Shown here: positions 22,435 through 29,942 of the stretch, piece by piece
How the letters are laid out: the number at the start of each line of letters is the position of its first letter
Numbering within the stretch: the stretch's first letter is position 1
Assembly (NCBI GenBank): GCA_913030625.1
Contig: CAJWDN010000001.1
Coordinates: forward strand, 33,331 to 97,330
Direction of reading: 5' to 3'
From: an uncultured Gammaproteobacteria bacterium
Lineage (GTDB): Bacteria; Pseudomonadota; Gammaproteobacteria; Pseudomonadales; Azotimanducaceae
DNA length: 64,000 nt
Position numbers and translations under genes: made by a program
Notes under the pieces: generated by a model
The model's input: the letters and a program-made list of their open reading frames with translations, nothing else
The model's database searches: none
What the model was told of the DNA's origin: nothing

Positions 22435-23571
22435 TTATCCGCGGGCGCCGAATAAGGCCGTACCAATACGAATATGCGTGGCGCCTGCGGCAATCGCTTG
22501 TTCAAGATCGTCGGTCATGCCCATGGATAGAGTGTCCCAGTACGCTTGCTGAGCCGCAGGCAGTGCGGCGGCGATTTGAGCGAACAATTGTGCCACGCTT
22601 TCGTAGCTGTCCCTAGGCATCGAGTCTTTACTGAGAATGGTCATCAAGCCTCGTATCTGGAGATTGGGCAAGGCCATCAGCTGGTGGGTCAGATCCAGCG
22701 CTTGAGCAGGGCTGCAGCCACCCTTGTTCGGATCGTCATCGATGTTGACTTGAATAAGGACTTGAATGGTTTTGCCCGCAGGGCACTGAGCGCTGAGTCG
22801 CTGCCCTATTTTGCTGCGATCTACCGTATGAACCCAGTCAAAGTACTTGGCAACTTCCTTGGTTTTGTTGGATTGGATGTTGCCGACGTAATGCCAGGTG
22901 GCCGCGATACCTTGCAGGGCATCAATTTTGCCGGTGGCTTCCTGTAAATAGTTCTCCCCAAAGTCATGCAGTCCGAGCTCATGGGCGGCGGTCACATCTG
23001 CCGCAGGCTTGGTTTTGCTCACCCCAATGAGCGTGATCTCTTCAAGAGATCTGCCGCTGTCTACGCAGGCGCGCTGGATGCGCTCATTCAGCAACGCTAG
23101 GCGCTCAGCAAGACTGTCGGCAGCGCGGGGTTGCGCCGGCAGATCGGATTCGCCCTCAACAAGCTGGCAGATGCTGGGGTCACTCAAGTAGGCCTGAGCG
23201 ATAAGACAGGCAGATCGCGCGTGGATGTCTCCGGTAAGGGCTGCATCGTCTTTCACTGCCCACGAACTGAGACGTTCATCGGCCAAATAAGTAGGCAGCG
23301 ACGTGTGCCGCGCAACATGTTGAGCAAATGTGTCCGCGCGCTCAGACATGTCGGAGCCACTACCATCCATATTCAGCGGCAGCCCGACGACGAGGGCGAT
23401 TGGGCGGTACTGAACCACCAGTTGATCTATCTCTGACCAGTTGGGTTTGCCGTTGCGGGCTTGCAAAGTTGTCAGCCCACTGGCGGTTCGGGTCACGGTT
23501 TGGCCCACGGCGATACCCATGTGCTTGAGCCCGAAGTCGATACCTAAAACATAACCATCACGGGCCGCCAT
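22435..23571 (-). CDS. ruvX/yggS: Fusion ORF: RuvX/YqgF putative pre-16S rRNA nuclease (aa 1-~131) + YggS/PLPBP pyridoxal-phosphate homeostasis protein (aa ~152-378)
   Basis: This is a single 378-aa ORF. The N-terminal half reads GIDFGLKHMGIAVG...VVGLPLNMDGS...DERLSS...LIAQAYL (YqgF). The C-terminal half reads ITLIGVSKTKPA (PLP Lys)...WHYVGNIQSNK...LSMGMTDDLEQAIAAGATHIRIGTALFG (YggS). There is no stop codon and no ATG/GTG in the linker. Confidence 0.85.
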   Translation of the reverse strand: MAARDGYVLGIDFGLKHMGIAVGQTVTRTASGLTTLQARNGKPNWSEIDQLVVQYRPIALVVGLPLNMDGSGSDMSERADTFAQHVARHTSLPTYLADERLSSWAVKDDAALTGDIHARSACLIAQAYLSDPSICQLVEGESDLPAQPRAADSLAERLALLNERIQRACVDSGRSLEEITLIGVSKTKPAADVTAAHELGLHDFGENYLQEATGKIDALQGIAATWHYVGNIQSNKTKEVAKYFDWVHTVDRSKIGQRLSAQCPAGKTIQVLIQVNIDDDPNKGGCSPAQALDLTHQLMALPNLQIRGLMTILSKDSMPRDSYESVAQLFAQIAAALPAAQQAYWDTLSMGMTDDLEQAIAAGATHIRIGTALFGARG

Positions 23572-24119
23572 CAGCTGTATCCGGCGTCTGGGGAAACGAG
23601 GTTCAAATCAATGCCGAGCAGGCTGGCGGCGGCATCCAAACGTTTCTCGTAGGGCTGGTCGAATAAGATCTGCGGGTCTGCTTCAACTGTTAGCCAAACG
23701 TTGCGCGCAATCTCGCCTTCCAGCTGGCCGCCACCCCAGCCAGCGTAACCCAGTGCAATCATGAATTTTTCTGGGCCTTCGTCGTTGGCCACGGCCCGCA
23801 GTGAGTCAAACGCGCTAGTGAGATGCACGCCATCCGCCACGGTCAGCGAGGATTCATAGGCCTCGGCCCCAGCGAACAACATAAAGCCCCGATCTGTGGA
23901 AACAGGCCCGCCCGCAATCACTGGGTGATCGACCCAGTGTCTTTGCGGATTCAAATTCAGTTGGTTGAGCAGTTCCAAAACACTGATATCACAGGGGCGG
24001 TTCACGACGATGCCCATGGCGCCATCGTCGCTGTGCTCACAGATGTACGTGAGAGACGCGGCAAAATAATCTTCGTGCAGCGTCGGCAGGGCCAGCAAAA
24101 AGTGGTTCGTCAGGTTCAT
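23571..24119 (-). CDS. yqgE: YqgE/AlgH family protein (UPF0301)
   Basis: Begins MNLTNHFLLALPTLHEDYFAASLTYICEHSDDGAMGIVVNRP, the canonical family N-terminus. Its stop overlaps the ruvX ATG (TGATG). Confidence 0.9.
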   Translation of the reverse strand: MNLTNHFLLALPTLHEDYFAASLTYICEHSDDGAMGIVVNRPCDISVLELLNQLNLNPQRHWVDHPVIAGGPVSTDRGFMLFAGAEAYESSLTVADGVHLTSAFDSLRAVANDEGPEKFMIALGYAGWGGGQLEGEIARNVWLTVEADPQILFDQPYEKRLDAAASLLGIDLNLVSPDAGYS

Positions 24120-24158
24120 GGTGTTACGAGACTATCCTCACTTCCGCGTTTTAGCCCA

Positions 24159-24917
24159 TCAATTGATGAAAGAACCGCTGCGACTAAATTGCCATGTACG
24201 GGTAAAGGTTAGCTCATCATACCGCTTGCGCATGTCGACGTTGAAGGGTTGATAGGGCGCGGCCTGCCTGACGGTTTTCAATGCCGCTGCGTCGAGCGCT
24301 TGGTGCCCCGAGGATCGCAGCAAGCTAACATTCAGCAATCGCCCGGTATGATGAATGGACACGCGAAGGGTGAGTTCCCCTTGCAACCTCCCTGCTGGGT
24401 AGTTATTGCCGCCTAAGCGCTCACATTTGCGACGCCACATAGCAAGGTAGGCTGATTCGGCAGCGCTGAGTGCTCCGGCTGTCGATAGATCTCTGCGACG
24501 CGCATCGCCCTGTGTTTGTCTTGCACGCTGGTCGAAAAGAACGATTTGTTCTGCCAGGTGCCGCGTGTCCAAAGCTCTAGATTGGGATGGGCTAACCGGT
24601 TTCGTTGCGATTGCTGAGGTGGCTTGGGAGAGCTTGGATGCTGGGCCGAGGCGCTCGAGTGTTTGCTGATTGGCTTGGTTCTGGGGCGCTTGGGGATCGC
24701 TTTTGGGTTCTGGCAGCGCCTTTTGTTGCTCATGAGCCCCGTCTTGAGTGATCGCATCACCACCTTGCTTGAGTTCAATCGCGATAGGCGCAGCGGTGAT
24801 TTGCTGCGGTGCTTGATTGAATGATAAGCCCAGCAGCAGTACAGCATGAATACCCGCCGCCAGCAGCGCGGTGAAATAGAATCGATCCCGAGGCAGAGCT
24901 GCAAACATAGATGGCAA
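24159..24917 (-). CDS. Energy transducer TonB family protein
   Basis: It has an N-terminal TM anchor, a Pro/Gln-rich spacer, and the C-terminal TonB domain (GELTLRVSIHHTGRLLNVSLLRSSGHQALDAAALKTVRQAAPYQPF). It occupies the tonB3 position between gshB and yqgE. Confidence 0.75.
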   Translation of the reverse strand: MPSMFAALPRDRFYFTALLAAGIHAVLLLGLSFNQAPQQITAAPIAIELKQGGDAITQDGAHEQQKALPEPKSDPQAPQNQANQQTLERLGPASKLSQATSAIATKPVSPSQSRALDTRHLAEQIVLFDQRARQTQGDARRRDLSTAGALSAAESAYLAMWRRKCERLGGNNYPAGRLQGELTLRVSIHHTGRLLNVSLLRSSGHQALDAAALKTVRQAAPYQPFNVDMRKRYDELTFTRTWQFSRSGSFIN

Positions 24918-24920
24918 GGG

Positions 24921-25895
24921 TTAGCTGACGAGGGAGTCCATGAGGTCACCGGCAATATCCAAACCAAATTGCGCATCCAGTTCTCGAATGCAGGTCGGGC
25001 AGGTGACGTTGATTTCGGTCAGGTAATCGCCAATAACATCGATGCCGACAAAGTTAAGCCCACGTTTAACCAGCTCCGGGCCAACCTGTTGTGCGATCCA
25101 TCGATCACGGTCGGTGAGCGGGCGACCTTCGCCGCGCCCGCCGGCGGCTAAATTGCCTCGGGTTTCGCCGGCTGACGGAATTCGCGCGAGGGCATAGGGC
25201 ACCGGTTCGCCATTCACAATCAAAATCCGCTTATCACCGTCGACAATCTCTGGCAGATAGATTTGGCCCATGATTTGTTCGCGGCCGCTATTTGTGAGGG
25301 TTTCTAACACCACCGATAGATTGGGGTCGGATTCCATGACGCGGAAGATTGAAGCCCCGCCCATGCCGTCGAGTTTCTTGAAGACCACATTTTTGTGCTC
25401 GGCGTGAAAGGCTTTGAGCACATCCATGCGGCGGCTAACAACCAGTGGCGGGCAGCACTGGGGGAAGGCGGTAGCGAAAAGTTTTTCGTTGCAATCTCGC
25501 AGGGAGGCTGGTCGATTGACCACCATGACACCCTCGGCTTCGGCGCGCTCGAGAAGGTAGGTGGTGTAGATATATTCCATGTCAAAGGGGGGGTCCTTAC
25601 GCATCATGACGATGTCCATATTGGATAAAGGCATGAGCTCTGCTGATCCCAGCGTGAACCAAGAGTCAGCGCCATCATTCACGCAAGCCGGATCCAGCGC
25701 CACGGCAAAGTGTTCGGCTAAGGACAAAGGTCGCAAATAAGCACAGACACGAGCCTGGGAAATCATCAGGTCTTCTTGCCGACAATAATAAATATCCATG
25801 CCTCGAAGCTGGGCCGCCCGAATCATGGCCAGGGTCGAATCTTTTTTGATCGCGACGGTTTCGATGGGGTCCATCAGAAAAGCAATCTTGGTCAT
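24921..25895 (-). CDS. gshB: Glutathione synthetase
   Basis: I place the start at M21 of the track ORF (MTKIAFLMDPIETVAIKKDSTL). An ATP-grasp C-terminal domain is present. 324 aa. Confidence 0.95.
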   Translation of the reverse strand: MTKIAFLMDPIETVAIKKDSTLAMIRAAQLRGMDIYYCRQEDLMISQARVCAYLRPLSLAEHFAVALDPACVNDGADSWFTLGSAELMPLSNMDIVMMRKDPPFDMEYIYTTYLLERAEAEGVMVVNRPASLRDCNEKLFATAFPQCCPPLVVSRRMDVLKAFHAEHKNVVFKKLDGMGGASIFRVMESDPNLSVVLETLTNSGREQIMGQIYLPEIVDGDKRILIVNGEPVPYALARIPSAGETRGNLAAGGRGEGRPLTDRDRWIAQQVGPELVKRGLNFVGIDVIGDYLTEINVTCPTCIRELDAQFGLDIAGDLMDSLVS

Positions 25896-26007
25896 GGAAA
25901 TATCCACTGAAAATACGAGGACGGTAAGGTAACGATTGTTGTGGCATTGACGCAAATGCGAACTCGAGAAAACAGCTGAGGTTCGATTCTTCCTGCACCT
26001 GACGGAC

Positions 26008-26979
26008 TTGGAGGGCTATGATCGAATATCATCATGGCAGCCGCCCCATAGGAACTTGAACGTGTCGAACGGACTCACCCCAACTGAGATATTCCAACAG
26101 CGACAAGACTTCGAGCGTGGTCTGCTCGCGGTGATCTTGGATCAAGGCCGCCGCTCTGGTTTTGAGCGGATGGGGCGAGTGGCGCAAACGATCAGTGCGG
26201 TATTGCCGCAGAACAATGCTTGGGGGTTATTAACCCGTTGGCTGAGCGCTTTGGCGTCGGAGCGGTTAGCGCTGACCAGTGAGAGCCTTGAACTGCTGCG
26301 GCAGGTCGGCAAGACGCTAAAGGACCTTGATCGGCAAGCCCAGCAAACCTCTGCAGCTGACAAATTGATGCCGCTAGACGTAGCCTTTGGGGCAGCGCCG
26401 CTGCGCGCTGCTTTAGCAAGCGCTGACGCCTCAGCTGAGGTCGATACGGCGCAGTGGTCTGCGCTCCAGCAGCAGTTACAAGCGACGACGCAGGTGGCAG
26501 AGTTGCGAGCGTGCTTCGATCAGGTTGCCGAATTTGCGGAAGCGCTGAAGTGGCGCGATGCGATGGAAATCAGTGGCGCACAAATGAACCTGCTGGACCG
26601 TCTGCTGGATGGCACGCTGACGACGGCCCCTGAGCATTTCGAGGTGCTTGGCGATGCGAAGACGTTGCTATTCGGCCTGAAACTACCGGTCATTGAGGCG
26701 GCAAATGAGACTCAAATCGATGACAAACAGTATGAGCGCGTGATTGAGCGGGCAGATGTGCTGGCATCGGGGGGAGAGTTTGTTCTCGACGACGAAGCGC
26801 CAAACAACACCGAAGACGCTCTCGTGCAAGTGCAGCTTGCCACGGTGCTAGACATGCTACCGAGCTTGCTCGAAGCCTATCGAGAGCAGGTCGAAGCAGG
26901 GTCCGTCCAGCACGGCCTTGATGCGGACCTGCAGGCGGTGGCAGAGGCTGCTGAGCGGCTGCGAGTAAAGCTTACCTAG
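26008..26979 (+). CDS. Hypothetical acidic, Ala/Leu/Gln-rich protein (no family recognised)
   Basis: 323-aa ORF whose codon usage resembles its neighbours. It has no TM segment or signal peptide and looks helical. The start is uncertain: TTG at 26008, or GTG at 26062 with AGGA 8 nt upstream. Confidence 0.55.
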   Translation: MEGYDRISSWQPPHRNLNVSNGLTPTEIFQQRQDFERGLLAVILDQGRRSGFERMGRVAQTISAVLPQNNAWGLLTRWLSALASERLALTSESLELLRQVGKTLKDLDRQAQQTSAADKLMPLDVAFGAAPLRAALASADASAEVDTAQWSALQQQLQATTQVAELRACFDQVAEFAEALKWRDAMEISGAQMNLLDRLLDGTLTTAPEHFEVLGDAKTLLFGLKLPVIEAANETQIDDKQYERVIERADVLASGGEFVLDDEAPNNTEDALVQVQLATVLDMLPSLLEAYREQVEAGSVQHGLDADLQAVAEAAERLRVKLT

Positions 26980-26984
26980 TCAGC

Positions 26985-27713
26985 CTAGCCAGGCCAGCCT
27001 CGCATTTGCTGGATCAGCGCCAAGGCAACTGCGGGCATGGTTTCGGCGCGCAAAATCGTGCTGCCTAGCCGATACCGAGCAGTGCCTTGCTCGGCGAATA
27101 ACGCAACCTCTTCGTCACTCCAACCGCCCTCGGGGCCAATGAGCACGAGTGGCTGGGTCATCTCCGCGCGGCTGGGGAGGGGGTCGCCATCAGGGTCGAA
27201 AACTACAGTCATGGCGCGTGTCTGCTCAGCTAAGCAGGCCTGCACCGACATCGGCGGATGCAGCATCGGTAACCATGCCTGGCCGCACTGCTCGCAAGCG
27301 GATGCAATGATGCGTCGCCAATGGCTCAGTTTTTGCTCAAGGCGCTCTGTTCTGATGGGCAGGTTGCTGCGATCTGCCTGCAGCAACCAAATATGTTGTG
27401 CTCCCAGCTCTGTCGCCTGAGCGATGGCGCGATCCATGGCCTGGCCTTTGAGCAACGCCATGCCCAGGGACGGCGCCTGCTCGGGTTTGTCGAATGCGGC
27501 AATTTGCTCGACAACTTGTATTTCGGCGCGGCGCTGGTGCGCCTTGCTGATCTGGCAGCGATATAGCCCGCCCTCGCCGTCAAAAATATCTACGGGGTCC
27601 GCGTCGCGTAGGCGTAGCACGCGGCATAGGTAGTTAGAACGCTCGGCATCGAGCTGCAAGAGATCGCCGGGACAGTGTGCACCGGCAAAGAAAAATCTAT
27701 TTAAGCGTGACAA
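26985..27713 (-). CDS. rsmE: 16S rRNA (uracil1498-N3)-methyltransferase
   Basis: 242 aa. The PUA-like N-terminus reads RFFFAG...YLCRVLRLR, and the SPOUT C-terminus reads LIGPEGGWSDEE...LGSTILRAETM. Confidence 0.9.
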   Translation of the reverse strand: MSRLNRFFFAGAHCPGDLLQLDAERSNYLCRVLRLRDADPVDIFDGEGGLYRCQISKAHQRRAEIQVVEQIAAFDKPEQAPSLGMALLKGQAMDRAIAQATELGAQHIWLLQADRSNLPIRTERLEQKLSHWRRIIASACEQCGQAWLPMLHPPMSVQACLAEQTRAMTVVFDPDGDPLPSRAEMTQPLVLIGPEGGWSDEEVALFAEQGTARYRLGSTILRAETMPAVALALIQQMRGWPG

Positions 27714-27714
27714 A

Positions 27715-28593
27715 TCAGCGTTCGAGGAAGCCCAAATTGCGACAAAGTTGGCTACTCGCTCCCCATCGGTTAAGCGTGTAGAAGTGTAGCCCGGGCGCCC
27801 CCAGTTCTAGCAACCTTTCGCATAGCTTGGTGACCACTTCGACGCCGAAGTCAACAAGGCCTTTGTCGTCGCTTGCATAGCTGGACATCGATTTTGCTAG
27901 CCATCGTGGGATGTCAGCACCGGCCTTGGCGCTAAAGCGTTGCAGCGCATTAATATTCGTAATCGGCATGATGCCCGGGGTTATGGGTATGGACACTCCT
28001 GCCTTAGCGCAGCGATCAAGAAAATAACCGTAGGCCTCAGGATTGTAGAAATACTGGGTAATGGCAGAGCTCGCACCGGCGTTTACCTTGGCGACGAAGT
28101 GGGCTAAGTCGTCCTCGGCGCTAGACGCATCTGGATGCACCTCAGGATAGGCGGCTACGGCCAGCTCAAATTGCTTTGGAAAGCGCTGCTGTAGGCGCTC
28201 GACTAAATCCTTGGCGTAGGCGGGCTTGCTCGCATCACCGGAGGGCTGATCGCCACGTAGGCAGAGAATTTTTGTCACGCCAATTTCTTGGTAGTACTCG
28301 ACAAGTTGGTCTAACGCGGCGTCGGAGCTACCGCCAATCGAAAGATGCGGTGCGGCACTGATCTTTGTCGCCAACATGGCCTGAACAAGATCCTGGGTGC
28401 CTTGTCGCGTGGAGCCCCCTGCACCATAGGTCACAGAACAGTAGTCGGGGTTAAATGTGGCGAGTTTGGTTATTGCGCCTTGCAGCAGCTTAGCAATGCC
28501 GTCTTCATCGCGGGGCGGGAAAAACTCGAAGCTCAGCGATGGTTGGCTACTTGAATGGTCTGTCTGGCTCAAGATGAGTTCCTCGGAACTCAT
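27715..28593 (-). CDS. metF: 5,10-methylenetetrahydrofolate reductase
   Basis: 292 aa with SFEFFPPR, SVTYGAGGSTR and CLRGD. Confidence 0.95.
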   Translation of the reverse strand: MSSEELILSQTDHSSSQPSLSFEFFPPRDEDGIAKLLQGAITKLATFNPDYCSVTYGAGGSTRQGTQDLVQAMLATKISAAPHLSIGGSSDAALDQLVEYYQEIGVTKILCLRGDQPSGDASKPAYAKDLVERLQQRFPKQFELAVAAYPEVHPDASSAEDDLAHFVAKVNAGASSAITQYFYNPEAYGYFLDRCAKAGVSIPITPGIMPITNINALQRFSAKAGADIPRWLAKSMSSYASDDKGLVDFGVEVVTKLCERLLELGAPGLHFYTLNRWGASSQLCRNLGFLER

Positions 28594-28611
28594 CTTGGCG
28601 AGTTCCAGTTG

Positions 28612-29769
28612 TTAGGCGATAGCGGCCGCGAGCGCTTCTGCCTTATCCGTACGCTCCCAAGTGAAGTCTTCGCCAATGCGGCCGAAGTGACCGTAGGCAG
28701 CAGTCTGTTGATAAATGGGGCGCTTGAGATCCAGCATCGCGATTAGTCCTTTGGGCCTCAAATCAAAGTGTTCACGGACAAGTTGAATGATTTCGCTGTC
28801 GCTGATCTTTGCTGTGCCATAAGTCTCCACGCCAATTGACGTGGGTTCCGCGACGCCAATGGCATAGCTCACCTGAATCTCGCAGCGCTCAGCGAGGCCG
28901 GCTGCGACGATATTTTTCGCCACATAACGGCCTGCGTAGGCGGCAGATCGGTCAACCTTTGACGGATCCTTGCCAGAAAAAGCCCCGCCGCCGTGGCGCG
29001 CCATACCTCCATAGGTGTCGACAATGATTTTGCGCCCTGTCAATCCACAGTCGCCCACAGGGCCACCGATGATGAACTGTCCAGTGGGGTTGATGTGAAA
29101 CTGTGTGTCAGGAGTGACCCAGTTCTGCGGCAGTATCGGCTTGATGATTTCTTCCATGACGGCCTCTCGCAGTGTCGCTTGATCGACGTCAGGAGAATGC
29201 TGTGTGGAAAGCACCACGGCATCAATGCCGATGGGCTTACCCGTTTCATCGTAGCGAAATGTGAGCTGGCTCTTCGCATCGGGGCGCAAAAACGACAGGG
29301 AACTGCGTCGCGCCTTGGCTTGCTGCTCCACTAAACGATGCGAGTACACAATCGGCGCAGGCATCAGCACGTCGGTCTCGTTTGTGGCGTAGCCAAACAT
29401 CAAACCTTGGTCGCCGGCGCCTTGTTCATGATCCGCAGATTCGTCAACGCCCATGGCGATGTCCTGGCTTTGTTGCCCCAACGCGTTCACCACGGTACAG
29501 GCTTCTGGATCAAAGCCGATTTCTGGGCCGTCATAACCGATTTGCTCGATCACCGATCGAGCCAGCTTGTCGAAGTCGACGACCGCTTCGCTGCGAATTT
29601 CTCCTGCGAGCATGACGATACCAGTCTTGATCATGGTCTCGCAGGCGACCCGAGATTCGCTGTCTTGGGCAAGCATAGCGTCGACCACTGCATCGGATAC
29701 CTGATCAGCAACTTTGTCTGGGTGGCCTTCAGAAACGGATTCGGACGTGAATAAAGATTGTGTTGGCAT
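28612..29769 (-). CDS. metK: S-adenosylmethionine synthetase
   Basis: I place the start at M14 of the track ORF ([23 protein letters not shown]), with AAGGAA 5 nt upstream. [16 protein letters not shown] is present. Confidence 0.97.
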   Translation of the reverse strand: MPTQSLFTSESVSEGHPDKVADQVSDAVVDAMLAQDSESRVACETMIKTGIVMLAGEIRSEAVVDFDKLARSVIEQIGYDGPEIGFDPEACTVVNALGQQSQDIAMGVDESADHEQGAGDQGLMFGYATNETDVLMPAPIVYSHRLVEQQAKARRSSLSFLRPDAKSQLTFRYDETGKPIGIDAVVLSTQHSPDVDQATLREAVMEEIIKPILPQNWVTPDTQFHINPTGQFIIGGPVGDCGLTGRKIIVDTYGGMARHGGGAFSGKDPSKVDRSAAYAGRYVAKNIVAAGLAERCEIQVSYAIGVAEPTSIGVETYGTAKISDSEIIQLVREHFDLRPKGLIAMLDLKRPIYQQTAAYGHFGRIGEDFTWERTDKAEALAAAIA

Positions 29770-29942
29770 GTGAGTTCCTTTTGTTTCCTTGGCCGTTTCT
29801 TTTGGCACTTATTATCGAGGCGCGGATGCTACTGGATATTAAAAGCGGGTTTAAGTGACGAATACTTGATTTAAATTGCAGAATATTTGCAGCGAGGGCT
29901 GCAAAACACGGACAATAAGCGCTCACGCCACAGAGAATTACT

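Noticed and set aside
24413-24976. A 187-aa alternative-frame ORF overlapping the tonB-like gene and the gshB 3' end.
   Set aside because: The TonB frame has the anchor, the Pro-rich spacer and the conserved C-terminal domain. The alternative frame is Ser/Arg/Pro-rich with no features.
25975-26000. A tRNA T-loop-like motif, GGTTCGATTC, in the gshB/hypothetical divergent spacer.
   Set aside because: No complementary acceptor-stem 5' strand (AGGTGCA) or D/anticodon arms occur in the preceding ~70 nt, and the spacer is only 112 bp. It is an isolated motif by chance.
29770-29942. A possible SAM-responsive riboswitch in the metK leader.
   Set aside because: The region is AT-rich and promoter-like, with only a 6-bp hairpin. 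I saw no SAM-I, SAM-II, SAM-V or SAM/SAH consensus elements by eye.
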